Assembly (NCBI GenBank): GCA_001816585.1
Contig: MHCJ01000003.1
Location: 522,681-586,680, forward strand
From: Candidatus Chisholmbacteria bacterium RIFCSPHIGHO2_01_FULL_52_32
GTDB taxonomy: Bacteria; Patescibacteriota; Microgenomatia; UBA1400; Chisholmbacteraceae
Length of the DNA stretch: 64,000 nt
Direction: 5' to 3'
The notes under the pieces: generated by a model
Databases searched by the model: none
Told to the model about the DNA's origin: nothing
The model's input: the letters and a program-made list of their open reading frames with translations, nothing else
Translations under genes and position numbers: made by a program
Part shown: one piece after another, positions 20,404-30,603 of the stretch
Layout of the letters: each line of letters opens with the position of its first letter
How positions within the stretch are numbered: the first letter of the stretch is position 1

Positions 20404-22030
20404 TAGGGGATAGGGTTTAGGGTTTAGGGTTTAGAAATTTAGATTAAAGACTTATCACTTATTCCTTATTCCTTACTCCTCTATAATAATAGTATGTCAG
20501 ATGTTGCCTTCGAGAAGATTGATGTCAATGCCTATCGCCTCAAGCGTTTACCCGGAATGCAGGCGGATGCGGTATTCTATGCCAAGGAAGAGATGTTGCC
20601 CCAAGTGACGAAAGATCGCTCCCTCCTGCAGCTTATGCAAACCGCGATGCTTCCGAGGCTTCTTTCCCCTGTCGTTGCCATGCCCGATATGCATGAGGGG
20701 TATGGGATTCCGGTCGGGGGGATTATGGTCGGCGACGGGTTGGTTTCTGCCGGGTGTGTGGGGATGGATATCAATTGCGGGGTGCGTTTACTGACGACCG
20801 GCCTTGAGTACGATCCGAAAATCTTCAGCAGAGAAGTCTTGCTTGAGCTGGTGCTGATACTTGAACGGGCCATCCCGATTGGTTTGGGCGGTGAGTACAC
20901 GAGCGAGCACTCCCACCTGGCTTTGGATAAGATCGTCTTTGACGGAGTGAAACACCTGGCGAGCGCCGGGTATGCCACGGACGAGGATATCGAACATACC
21001 GAAGAAGAGGGCCGGATCACAGGTGCTGCCGTTATCGCGCTTTCCGATCGCGCTCTAAAGCGGGCCAGACTTCAACTCGGAACTTTGGGAAGCGGGAACC
21101 ACTTCATGGAGCTTGAGCGGGTTTCCCACATTTTCGAACCGGAGATTGCAAAAACCTTCGGTCTTCACGAGAACCAACTCTGTTTTATGATCCATTCCGG
21201 AAGCCGGGCTTTGGGGCACCAGACTTGCCTGGATTATGTGGGGAAGTTCTTCCCCAAAGAGCACGAGTGGGGTATTGAGGTACCCAACAGGGAACTGGCT
21301 TCCCTTCCGGTTGAGACCAAGGAAGGAGCGGATTACCTTTCTGCCATGCACGGGGCGATCAATTTCGCATTCGCGAACCGCCAGATGATGACCCATAAGT
21401 TCCGTTCGATGTTTACCGGGTTTATGAAATCAAAGGGAATTGCCGCGGATGTGCGGCTGGTCTATGACGTTGCCCACAACAGCGCCAAGTGGGAGATGCA
21501 CCGTGACAAGCGGGTCTTGGTCCATCGCAAAGGCGCAACCCGGGCATTACCCGCCGGACATCCGGATAACCCAAAGCAGTTTGCAAGGACCGGGCATCCC
21601 GCCTTTGTCCCCGGCAACATGGCGACGGGTTCGTACGTACTGGTCGGAACGCCGGAGGCGGTTAAGACCTACTACTCCGTTAATCACGGCGCGGGGCGGG
21701 CGATGAGCCGGACGGAGGCAAAACAGACGATCTCAAAACAGGAATTCGAGAAGGAGATGGGTGAGGTTGTCTACAACAAACCGTTCCGCGTGATAAGCGA
21801 CGAAGCGCCGGCGGCGTACAAGGATTTGGATTTGGTGATCCGGACGCTTGAGGAAGCCGGCATTACCAAGCGTGTCGCCCGCCTCGTGCCTCTGGCGGTG
21901 ATTAAGGGGGATTAGGGAAATAGGGTATAGGGTTTAGGGTTTGGAGTTTAGCCCTTCGACTGCGCTCAGGACAAGGGTTTAGGAATTAAGATTAAAGACT
22001 TATCACTTATTCCTTATTCTTTAATCCTCT
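20404..22030 (+). repeat. Direct repeats flanking rtcB
   Basis: 31-bp identical AGATTAAAGACTTATCACTTATTCCTTATTC at 20441-20471 and 21989-22019, each preceded by (TAGGGTT)n. Confidence 0.88.
20494..21915 (+). CDS. rtcB: RtcB family RNA ligase
   Basis: MPDMHEGYG.PVG, DINCG, LGTLGSGNHF, HSGSR, HN, HRKGA, HGAGR, DEAP.AYK. Confidence 0.96.
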   Translation: MSDVAFEKIDVNAYRLKRLPGMQADAVFYAKEEMLPQVTKDRSLLQLMQTAMLPRLLSPVVAMPDMHEGYGIPVGGIMVGDGLVSAGCVGMDINCGVRLLTTGLEYDPKIFSREVLLELVLILERAIPIGLGGEYTSEHSHLALDKIVFDGVKHLASAGYATDEDIEHTEEEGRITGAAVIALSDRALKRARLQLGTLGSGNHFMELERVSHIFEPEIAKTFGLHENQLCFMIHSGSRALGHQTCLDYVGKFFPKEHEWGIEVPNRELASLPVETKEGADYLSAMHGAINFAFANRQMMTHKFRSMFTGFMKSKGIAADVRLVYDVAHNSAKWEMHRDKRVLVHRKGATRALPAGHPDNPKQFARTGHPAFVPGNMATGSYVLVGTPEAVKTYYSVNHGAGRAMSRTEAKQTISKQEFEKEMGEVVYNKPFRVISDEAPAAYKDLDLVIRTLEEAGITKRVARLVPLAVIKGD

Positions 22031-22297
22031 TCAATACCCGATCAGGCTTATGACCATCAGGGAGCCGATCGCGGCGACCAGGAGGTATTCGAAGATGATC
22101 TCGATCGTCAGGTAATGGGAAAGTTTGTGGTGGACGATTCCCCAAATGGCGTAGGAAACCGCGGTCAGAAAGATCACGTACGCTTGGGCAATTTGGTTGA
22201 ACCGATAGTAGAGGAAGAGCGAAAATCCTGCTCCGATGATCGAGACAAGTGCGACATAATGGCTGTAGTGGGGGGGGTGTTTTCTGTCCGGCATCAT
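22031..22297 (-). CDS. Small membrane protein
   Basis: Three TM segments, WGIVHH, EY; overlaps the CAP gene stop. Confidence 0.7.
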   Translation of the reverse strand: MMPDRKHPPHYSHYVALVSIIGAGFSLFLYYRFNQIAQAYVIFLTAVSYAIWGIVHHKLSHYLTIEIIFEYLLVAAIGSLMVISLIGY

Positions 22298-23292
22298 AGA
22301 ATCTTTCCTCCGGCGAACTCAAGCATCATCAGGCCCGCAGCGCCAAGGAACATCAGGTGTGCCCAATTTTTTCCGACAAGCCGGACCGTTCTTCGCCGGT
22401 GGGCTATAGCCCAGTCTACCACCAAGGTCCCAAGAATAAGCGCAACCAGCATCAAGCCGAAGGTTTGGGTCACTTGGTTTGGAGAAATCAGCCGCTGGGA
22501 ACGATCCGATTGCATACTGCCTTCGAAAATCGAGGTTCCGGCGAATTGGGGGGTGACTAATTTTGGACTTGTATTCCTGAAGAACGGAACTTCCTCAAGG
22601 CCAGGTTGGGTTTGGACAACAGGTACTTCCTTCGTGACCACGGTTTCTGTTTCTTTTACCGGCGGTGTCACCGGTGCAGTTTCTCTTGGTCTCTGGGCAA
22701 TGGGTGCGGCAATCGGTGATCCGAACATCTGGACAACAAGGCGGGTTTCCACTCCCAAGAGGGTGCCGTCGACCACCGCAACGCCAATATCGCGGTAGTT
22801 TCCGCTTAATATATTCTCTTTGTGGGTCGGGGACGCCATCCAGGCATCCATGAGCAATGAAGTCTCGGAGAAGTCCCGCGCGAGGTTTTCGCCGGCATAG
22901 CGGTAGCGGTAGCCGGTTTGTTTAATAAATGCCCAAGGCTCGGTCCCTGTCGGAGACACATGTGCCCAGTAGTTCTCGGTGAACATGTCGGCTGCTTTTG
23001 CATACGCGGCTTGGGAGAGTTGCGGGTTTTGCGTCAGGGGCGACAGACCGACCTTGGCGCGTTCGTCGTTGGTCCTCTTGATGACTTCATCAATGGTAAC
23101 CGAGGAGGAAAAACCTAAGACGAGTCCGGGGATGTAGGAAACCAAGGAACGGAGGGAGTTTAGGACCAAAAACGACGCAACCAGAACCGACAACCCGGCA
23201 GGGTGGAGGATGCGGGGACGTTGGTTGTTACTTTTTCTTGGAAGAAATACGTGGGAGAACCATTCCCCCACTTTTTCCCGGACAGGGTTCAT
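22294..23292 (-). CDS. CAP (SCP) domain membrane protein
   Basis: TNDER, YWAH, AGENLA, WMASPTHKENIL. Confidence 0.92.
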   Translation of the reverse strand: MNPVREKVGEWFSHVFLPRKSNNQRPRILHPAGLSVLVASFLVLNSLRSLVSYIPGLVLGFSSSVTIDEVIKRTNDERAKVGLSPLTQNPQLSQAAYAKAADMFTENYWAHVSPTGTEPWAFIKQTGYRYRYAGENLARDFSETSLLMDAWMASPTHKENILSGNYRDIGVAVVDGTLLGVETRLVVQMFGSPIAAPIAQRPRETAPVTPPVKETETVVTKEVPVVQTQPGLEEVPFFRNTSPKLVTPQFAGTSIFEGSMQSDRSQRLISPNQVTQTFGLMLVALILGTLVVDWAIAHRRRTVRLVGKNWAHLMFLGAAGLMMLEFAGGKIL

Positions 23293-23481
23293 TTTTCCAC
23301 CTCATCCTATTATGTCAGTTTACCCTTGGCGCTTCAACCGGTTTCTGCTCTTTTTAGAGTTTGGCTTCAGCCCTTTTTCGGTAATCTTTGATACAGGTTA
23401 TTATACTATATCCTATAGTATAGTCAACCTGGCATGGGAAATGAGGGAAAATGCCCTTGGGGTGGTTTCTGGCACCAGCTT

Positions 23482-24093
23482 TTAAATCCCCTCAAGCTGT
23501 CCTCTGACAATCAAACGCTTGAAGGTGGTTCCCGGCGGCCAACAGGTCATGAGGGTGAGGGTCGGTTCCGGCGATGCACCGGAAAGATAGGAAACGTCGC
23601 TTGAAGCCACGATTCTTTTGTCCGTGATCCGGTATGTATAGAGCTCTTCCCGGTACGCCAGGATGATTTCGTCCCCTTGTTCCATTTTGCTTAAGAGGTA
23701 AAAAACCGAGTTGTAGCGGCTGGCTTCGAAGAAATTTGCGGACGAGTGAGAAAAGATGAAGATATTACCCGGCTGGCCGGGAAATGCCGTTCCTTTGGCA
23801 TGGGCCACTCCTTCGGTAAGGGCGCGTTGATATACTTTCGCGTCGTACGGATCGACGTTTGCGACCACCTTCGCATTGGCACCTATTTTGGGGATGACGA
23901 TGCCAAATTCCTTGTCAACGGGAAGCAGGCTGTCCGGCTTTTCCCCGCTAAGAGAGACCTGTCTCAGACTGGATTGCGGTTTGAGCCGATACGAGATTTC
24001 TTGGGAAACTACAGGGTAGAACGTGAGGGCGGCAATTGCGATAGCTCCTACAAGGAGGCAAATTCCAACGAGGGTCAGGACAGTCGAGCGCAT
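23482..24093 (-). CDS. Sortase
   Basis: GVAH, IFSHS (His), LMTC (Cys), downstream Arg; N-terminal TM; start at MRSTVL. Confidence 0.9.
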   Translation of the reverse strand: MRSTVLTLVGICLLVGAIAIAALTFYPVVSQEISYRLKPQSSLRQVSLSGEKPDSLLPVDKEFGIVIPKIGANAKVVANVDPYDAKVYQRALTEGVAHAKGTAFPGQPGNIFIFSHSSANFFEASRYNSVFYLLSKMEQGDEIILAYREELYTYRITDKRIVASSDVSYLSGASPEPTLTLMTCWPPGTTFKRLIVRGQLEGI

Positions 24094-24094
24094 C

Positions 24095-25057
24095 TTATTC
24101 CCTTGGTTGTTTTCTTCGGAAGAGGATCGTGCCGCCGCCAACGAGAATGAGAAGGATACCGGCAACAATCGGCCACTGTGCGGCTTTCAAGGCGCTTAAG
24201 AATCCTGGCGTAGTGGGAGTAGGCGAAGGAGCGGCTTCACCTAAGACTATTCCCTCTGAGGATTCTTCGTTCGGTAGTTGGAGCTCTTCCTTCGGTTCTT
24301 CGACGGCCGTGCCGCTTGCGATCGATCCGCCGGTTCCTGCCGGAATTGCCCCTGTGGTCGGGGTCGCCTGGATAATGGTAATGGATGTCGTATCTCCGAC
24401 CGCATCGGATCCGTTGCCCGCATCATTGAAGGCGCGGACGGCATAGTAGTAGGTCTTATTGCACTCCGGCACGGTGTCCAGATGCGAGCCTTCCTGGTTT
24501 GAACCGATGGTGACCGTCGCAATCCTCGTACCGGAATCTGCGTTGAAGCTTGTCTGATCGGAGCGGTAGACCTCGACTTTGACCGTCTTGCCGGCGTCGT
24601 CCGCAGTCTTAAATTTAATATTGTATTGGCACGTTGAGGGATGATCTTTCCCATAATACGTGGGTGTCCCCGGGCCTCCAGCTTTGTAATCGACAGAGAC
24701 GGTCGCGGATTGGACTGTTTCTGCTTCGGCTGAGGCGATTACATAATACTGGTAGGTGCCCTCGGCGCTTACCAAACTCGAGGTGACGCTGCAGGTTCCC
24801 GAACCACCGCCTGAAGGAAGGTTTTTGTCCGAATCAAAGATAGAAAATCCTCCCTCGCTGGGCGTCTTTTTATAACAGCGGACCACAACCGGGCGGTTTT
24901 GGATGTCGAGTGCGACAAAGGTAATAGTGTAGTCCCGCTGGTTTTCCGGTGTCTTGGGCTTTTCGAGCACCGCTGAAAGACCCGCAGCGTACACCGCCCC
25001 TTCAGTGAGAATTGCGAAGGCGAGTACCGATAGTGCAACTTTCACGATTTTATTCAT
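24095..25057 (-). CDS. Surface protein with fibronectin type III-like domain and C-terminal TM
   Basis: Signal peptide, EVYRS...TYYYAVRAFNDAGN, VLGE, TM plus basic tail. Confidence 0.78.
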   Translation of the reverse strand: MNKIVKVALSVLAFAILTEGAVYAAGLSAVLEKPKTPENQRDYTITFVALDIQNRPVVVRCYKKTPSEGGFSIFDSDKNLPSGGGSGTCSVTSSLVSAEGTYQYYVIASAEAETVQSATVSVDYKAGGPGTPTYYGKDHPSTCQYNIKFKTADDAGKTVKVEVYRSDQTSFNADSGTRIATVTIGSNQEGSHLDTVPECNKTYYYAVRAFNDAGNGSDAVGDTTSITIIQATPTTGAIPAGTGGSIASGTAVEEPKEELQLPNEESSEGIVLGEAAPSPTPTTPGFLSALKAAQWPIVAGILLILVGGGTILFRRKQPRE

Positions 25058-28000
25058 GTTTGTTTCTCTCCTTCACTCCGAGTGATACCAGGCCAATACC
25101 AAAGATCATCATCAGCGAGGCAAGGATAAGCCAAAGATTTTGAGCACCGGTTGCAGGCAGGGCGGTTGCAGCACCCAAGACCTGGTTTATCACGTTGTAC
25201 GAGGCTCCCGGCTGATTGTCTTTTTTGACTTCAACTTCGGTTCCGACGAAATTGGTATCGAGGTATCCGGGATCAACAGCCAGGGCGAGTAAAGCACCGG
25301 GATCGGTCGAAAGACAGTCGATATCCTTCTGGCAACCAAAAGCGTAGGCGAGATCGCCGTAGGTCCCGGCAAGTTGGGTATCGCTGATTTTTGCCTGGAA
25401 GGAAAGGAGTACCGTTTCTAAGGCCGTCATATCCCCCAGCTGCCAGACGCCTGGGCTTGCGTAGACCGGCTCCGGGGTTACGCCTCCCTCCTTGAGATCA
25501 CCCCGTTCGTTTGAAAGAGCGGTCCATGATCCGCCAACGTACGAGAATCCTTCGGGAAGAAGATCGGTTACCTGGACGTTGAAAATGGTCCGTCGGTTGG
25601 GGTTATAGATCGTGAGGGTGTATATTACCGTATCGCCCGGGCCCTTGGCTCCGGAGGCGTCGTTGACCTTTGAGATCTGAAACTCTGTCGGTAATTGTTG
25701 GTTTCCGAAGTTGTTGCCGAGGTCGTTTTCTCCCGACTCAAGCGTTACTGCATGACAGCTTGGTTCCGTGGGATAGGTCTGTTCCCAGCCTTCTTGCGGT
25801 ACTTCGCAGATAAAGTAGTCACCGGCATCGATGTTTTCGAAGAGGTAGTTTCCATTTTGATCCGTTACTGCGTCATCGCCGACCTGGTCACCAAGGTCCC
25901 CATCTTCATCTAGGAAGAGCTGGACGTGCCAGCCTGCAAGCCCCGGTTCCTCGCCAAGCTCTCCATTCCCGTCTTCATCGTTCCATTTCTTGCCGGCGAT
26001 TGTACCCGGCTGGTCGTCGTTTTCGATAGTGCAGGTCTTGTTCTCGCCTTCGGCCAAGGTGACGGAACCGTCTTCGTTACAGTCGCCGCCCCAGCTTCCG
26101 GCGGTGTAGCCGCTTAGTTCGGATTCACTGGCGGTATAGGAACCGACATTGAGCGTCTGGGGGATTCCCCAAGGAATGGGACTGGCGTCAATGGAGGCTT
26201 GGAAGTCATCCGCGCTTGCATTCCCTCCATTATCATTCACAACGGTCTTCTCCAAAGTCAGGGTGGGGGCGATATCGTCGTTTTCGATGGTGCAGCTTTT
26301 CTCATCTCCTACAGCGAGCGTTACACTTCCCTGGGCGTCACAATCCCCACTGATCGCCATTGTGTAGCCTGCATCTTGGGTTTCACTGACGGTGTAGGCC
26401 CCGGCGTCGAATCCATTCTGTACTCCGCTTGTTACCGGGGTCTGATCGACGAAGAGCGGGAAGTCGCCGACTTGTTTTGTGCCGCCGTTGTCGGTCACAA
26501 CCACTTTCGTCACAGTCAATTTCGGCTGGACATCGTCATTGGTGATGGTGCAGGTGATGTCTTCCCCTTCATCGAGGGTGACTGTTCCTCCGAGTTGGGA
26601 CGGACACTTCTCATCCCCGGTGAGGGAGATAAAGGTGTATCCGGTGAGCCCTGCTTCATTGATCGCAATTGGAGTGTTGGCATTAACTGCGGCGACTTGG
26701 CCAGAAGTGACTCCGCCGCCATCAACGGTCAAGCCAAAATCGTTCTCACTAGCAGTACCGCCATTATCATTGATCACTTCTTTTACGAGCGTAATTGTTG
26801 GTGCAATATCATCGTTTGTGATTGTGCATGTCTTGGATTCACCGGGTAAAAGTGTGACATTCCCCTGGGAATCACAATCATCTCCCCACCCTGAGGCAGA
26901 ATAGCCAGAGACAGCATCTTCGCTTACCGTGTAGGAGCCGGCTGCAACTGTATGGGCTCCCCAGCTTGATACTTGTCCGTTTATGTAGACTGCAAAGTTG
27001 ATTTCAGTTTCATTTCCACCGTTGTCATTGGGGAGAGTTTTGACAAGCGTGAGCGTTGCGGGCTGGTCATCGTTGGTGATCTCGCAGGTTTTTTGGTCCC
27101 CAGGCAGAAGAATCACATTTCCGCTTGCATCGCAGTCACCTCCCCAGTTACCGGCAGTATAGCCGCCCAGTGTATCTTCGCTGACAATATATGATCCTGC
27201 ATTAAGGAGGTGTGATCCCCAGCTTGCCTGATTCCCGTCGATGTAGACTGTAAAATTATTTTCAGTTGCTGTACCACCGTCGTCATTTGGAAGATTTTTT
27301 ACAAGTGTTAAGCTTGCCTGTTGATCGTCATTGGTGATCGTGCATGTAGCGGTCCCGCCGTTTGATACCTCTACTTGACTGCAATTGTCATAGGTTGTGC
27401 TGTATCCGGTGACAGATGGCTCGGTGATGGTGTATGTTCCGGCATCAACGGTCAGATCGTTCTGGCCGTCCGCTTCAAAGGGGACCGCGCCACCGCCATT
27501 GACTTGGAAAGAAAAGTCTTCAGCTTCGAGCGTGCCGCCGTTGTCGTTCGTAACGACCTTCTTAACGATGAGTATGCCCGGCTGGTCGTCGTTCGTCAGG
27601 GTACAGGTTACTTCCTGGCCTGCGACGACGGTGACATTTCCTTGGCTATCGCAATTGCCGCTGAAACCGGAGAATGTATATCCGGGTGGGAGTGTGTCTT
27701 CGCTGACCGCATAGGTTCCACCGGTAAGTGTGTACACTGTCCCGGTCGAAGAACCTGCTTGCGGACTGCCCGAAATATCCACTCCTCCGCTTTTGACGTG
27801 AAGGGTGAATGCCGAAGAAGAAGTTTGTCCTCCGTCATCGTTGACGACGCTTTTTATCACCCGGAGCGTTCCTTGCTGGATAACGGCTGTATCTTCGGAA
27901 TCGGAATTATTAGTCGAGTTGGTATCGGTACTTACCGCCGTATCTAAGGTGACCGCAGCCGAATTGGTAACGGAAACCTGGCCTGTAGTTAAGGTGCCGA

Positions 28001-30122
28001 CAATCGTCACCGTTGCATTGCCGCCGCTGGCTAATGAACCGAGTTCACACTGGATCGATGGTGCGGAAGTGTCAGAACACGATCCCAGGCTTGGCGTAAC
28101 CGAAGTTATGGCATATCCTGCAGGCAACGTATCGGTTACAACCACTCCGCTTGCTGTATCAGGCCCTGCATTGTTAATCGTGAGTGTATAGGTAAGGGTA
28201 TCACCGCTGGTAACCGGGTCCGGGTTGTCGCTTTTGACGATAGATAGGTCTGAAAGGGCTTCGTAACAGTTGAGGTGGTCTTTGTTGTAGTTATTTGCAT
28301 TCGTTGACGTTGCAAAAAACTTTGTGGTTGAGACATTAATGCCTCTTGACGTGAGTTCTGAAACAGGAATAGCCCAATCAATATAATAAGGACCCGATCC
28401 AGTTACGCGTCCATAAAAAGAAGATGCTCCTTCCCAAACTACACTATCTGCAGGATCATTAAAGAGTGGTTGAAAGTCTACTCCCCCCGAATCAGGAGAA
28501 TGGGTAGGGTTATCGTAAAGAAGAACTTTATTGCCGGCTTTACCGCTTATGGAGCCGAGATATTGGTATTGTGGAGTAGAAGTCTGAAATAACACTACCC
28601 AAGAATACTGATGCAAATTACTTACTGTTCCCGGGTTTCCATTTATGCGCTCTCTGAAGTACAAGTAATTGCTATCTGAACCAAATCCCACGGCGGGGGT
28701 AACAGTAGTTCCGACCAGATCAACTTCAGTTGGAGCAACACCAGATTCACCAGACAGATCAGCAACACAACTACCAGGTGTAGCCCAACTTGTAGGCCAA
28801 GCTGGCGCTGGTACTTCTGTATAAGTAACAACAGCGCGAATGGTACCAACCCATACTTCACTCGTGTCAGTGGCAGTTTTTAAAACCCCAACTTCAAGTG
28901 TTGTTGCTCCGCTTTTAACTGTATCGGCAACATTTATGGTTTGTGTCCCTGAAGTACACGTGGTATTTGTTGCGACGAGATTAACTCCTGAATTCAATTC
29001 AGTACCGTTGAGGCGTGTGAAAGTCTGAAATGTACCGTCATCTGCCCCGCCATCATTACCATTTCTGTAAGTTACACTTACATCAACACTAGTTATTGTA
29101 GATCCATCAGGAATACTTGTTAGATTGATTAAGACTGATTCGCGATTCCCGGTAGTTGAGGCTGATATATTGTCTTGACCGTCTCCTCCATCGTCGCAAT
29201 CTGGAGAGCCTGTTTCGTCGATATCACCTTCATCACCCGTCCAGCTTGTATATGTTCCTTGTCCGTTAGGGTAAAGCGTTCCTGTGGCTGCATCTGTAAA
29301 TGTTGTTGAGGCAACAACCTGACCATCAACATCTTTCGCTTCGACTAAATAGTTGGGACGGTAATTGCCATCAAGTTGATAGGCGTAGATGAAGAAGCCG
29401 GTTTCGTCGGCTTGTACCTCGGTTTCAAAATGCACGGCTGGTTCATTCTCCGAAGTAATTACAATAGTGTAGGTCTCGTTAGGGGTGAAGTCGGTGCCGG
29501 TGATGACCACGGTATCAGTGGGTGCGTAATCTGGTTTATCGGTTACAAGAGCGGCGCTCGTTTCAGCGTCGGGCGAGGCGAGATCCAAGGATACCGCTTC
29601 AACGTTTTGAAGAACGGCAACGGTCAGTTGGCCTTCTTCAGGACTGACTGTGGTGACTTCGGGCATTGGGATGGCTTCCGTCGAAGCACCATCAAGGATT
29701 TGATCGGTCGGTTCCGTTGCGGGAGGTCCTGTTTCATTGGGAGGCGCTTCGTCTGAAGAAGCTGGGATGTCTTGGCTTGATGTGGGTGCAGGAGTGATTT
29801 CCGGCGTCGGTTCGGGAGCTAGGGTCGGTTCGGGAGTAACCTCCGGCGTCGGTGCGGGTGTCGGAGACTGGGTGGTTTCAGGTTCGTTGATAGGATCGGA
29901 AGTAATCGTTTGTTCCGGCTCTGGGTCGGTAGTAAGTTCTGCGGAAGGCGTTTGTTCTTCCGCAGGTGTCGGGATCGGTGTTTCTTCAACTACCGTGGTT
30001 GGTTCGGGAGTTATTTCTTGCGCGTATGCAAATTGTGCGAGCGCAATCGGATTGAGCGATTGAATGAAAATCGCGACGATGGCGATGAGGTTGGTGGTTT
30101 TCCGAGCGAGCTTTATGTTCAC
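25050..30122 (-). CDS. Large sortase-anchored adhesin (DUF11, 7 CnaB/SpaA-like repeats, SdrD-B-like domain, LPATG)
   Basis: Signal peptide; PT/E-rich stalk; repeats LTL.K...ND.GG...Y.V.E...C...TC.I.NDD; LPATG + TM + basic tail. Confidence 0.9.
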   Translation of the reverse strand: MNIKLARKTTNLIAIVAIFIQSLNPIALAQFAYAQEITPEPTTVVEETPIPTPAEEQTPSAELTTDPEPEQTITSDPINEPETTQSPTPAPTPEVTPEPTLAPEPTPEITPAPTSSQDIPASSDEAPPNETGPPATEPTDQILDGASTEAIPMPEVTTVSPEEGQLTVAVLQNVEAVSLDLASPDAETSAALVTDKPDYAPTDTVVITGTDFTPNETYTIVITSENEPAVHFETEVQADETGFFIYAYQLDGNYRPNYLVEAKDVDGQVVASTTFTDAATGTLYPNGQGTYTSWTGDEGDIDETGSPDCDDGGDGQDNISASTTGNRESVLINLTSIPDGSTITSVDVSVTYRNGNDGGADDGTFQTFTRLNGTELNSGVNLVATNTTCTSGTQTINVADTVKSGATTLEVGVLKTATDTSEVWVGTIRAVVTYTEVPAPAWPTSWATPGSCVADLSGESGVAPTEVDLVGTTVTPAVGFGSDSNYLYFRERINGNPGTVSNLHQYSWVVLFQTSTPQYQYLGSISGKAGNKVLLYDNPTHSPDSGGVDFQPLFNDPADSVVWEGASSFYGRVTGSGPYYIDWAIPVSELTSRGINVSTTKFFATSTNANNYNKDHLNCYEALSDLSIVKSDNPDPVTSGDTLTYTLTINNAGPDTASGVVVTDTLPAGYAITSVTPSLGSCSDTSAPSIQCELGSLASGGNATVTIVGTLTTGQVSVTNSAAVTLDTAVSTDTNSTNNSDSEDTAVIQQGTLRVIKSVVNDDGGQTSSSAFTLHVKSGGVDISGSPQAGSSTGTVYTLTGGTYAVSEDTLPPGYTFSGFSGNCDSQGNVTVVAGQEVTCTLTNDDQPGILIVKKVVTNDNGGTLEAEDFSFQVNGGGAVPFEADGQNDLTVDAGTYTITEPSVTGYSTTYDNCSQVEVSNGGTATCTITNDDQQASLTLVKNLPNDDGGTATENNFTVYIDGNQASWGSHLLNAGSYIVSEDTLGGYTAGNWGGDCDASGNVILLPGDQKTCEITNDDQPATLTLVKTLPNDNGGNETEINFAVYINGQVSSWGAHTVAAGSYTVSEDAVSGYSASGWGDDCDSQGNVTLLPGESKTCTITNDDIAPTITLVKEVINDNGGTASENDFGLTVDGGGVTSGQVAAVNANTPIAINEAGLTGYTFISLTGDEKCPSQLGGTVTLDEGEDITCTITNDDVQPKLTVTKVVVTDNGGTKQVGDFPLFVDQTPVTSGVQNGFDAGAYTVSETQDAGYTMAISGDCDAQGSVTLAVGDEKSCTIENDDIAPTLTLEKTVVNDNGGNASADDFQASIDASPIPWGIPQTLNVGSYTASESELSGYTAGSWGGDCNEDGSVTLAEGENKTCTIENDDQPGTIAGKKWNDEDGNGELGEEPGLAGWHVQLFLDEDGDLGDQVGDDAVTDQNGNYLFENIDAGDYFICEVPQEGWEQTYPTEPSCHAVTLESGENDLGNNFGNQQLPTEFQISKVNDASGAKGPGDTVIYTLTIYNPNRRTIFNVQVTDLLPEGFSYVGGSWTALSNERGDLKEGGVTPEPVYASPGVWQLGDMTALETVLLSFQAKISDTQLAGTYGDLAYAFGCQKDIDCLSTDPGALLALAVDPGYLDTNFVGTEVEVKKDNQPGASYNVINQVLGAATALPATGAQNLWLILASLMMIFGIGLVSLGVKERNKHE

Positions 30123-30184
30123 TTTAGTTTAATGAAGTTTTATTTCCTGATTTGAGTCTGAAATATTTCCTCTTTTAATTACCA

Positions 30185-30268
30185 AAAACCAGCTACGAGC
30201 CTCTCGGTCCTTCGCTGGGTAATTTTTCGATCGGGCGGTATTATTTCACCTTTTCAATCATTTGTCAA
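30185..30268 (-). promoter_or_regulatory. sigma70-like promoter and leader with terminator-like hairpin upstream of the adhesin
   Basis: TTGACA-N17-AATAAT; then CCAGC..CGAG-AGG-CTCG..GCTGG-TTTTT before the ATG at 30122. Confidence 0.45.
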
Positions 30269-30339
30269 CTATAGGGTTATTCTGATCGGTTTACTATCGG
30301 AGTTTCTTTACAATAAAGTTATGATATACTAGCGAAATA

Positions 30340-30543
30340 ATGAGAGAAAAACCGATCTATTCATTAGGTCTTCAGACTTCAGAGGGTGTAGTGGGATTCA
30401 CCATGGACTTGCGAGAGAAGCTCCCTGATTTCATCCATCAGGACATGTGGAGGGTAGTTCACGCAGCCAAAGGGGTTGAGGACCGATACGGCAAACAATC
30501 ATTTGGTCCGACGCACTTTGCGCGAAGAGACCCGACAATATAA
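30340..30543 (+). CDS. Small hypothetical protein
   Basis: 67-aa ORF with TATACT 9 nt upstream. Confidence 0.35.
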   Translation: MREKPIYSLGLQTSEGVVGFTMDLREKLPDFIHQDMWRVVHAAKGVEDRYGKQSFGPTHFARRDPTI

Positions 30544-30603
30544 GACCCGCTTTTTCAGATACCGGATTCACTCCGGACAAAGGCAGGCTTCCGATCTTCC
30601 GAA

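Noticed and set aside
20404-21950. (TTTAGGG)n as plant telomere sequence or contamination
   Set aside because: Only 3-4 degenerate units embedded among bacterial genes; one of many different heptamer arrays
23346-23367. GCCAAACTCTAAAAAGAGCAG upstream of the CAP gene (and AAAGGCAGTT upstream of GT2) as further leader-motif copies
   Set aside because: They lack the GGAGGC/GCC closing stem; similarity too weak to claim
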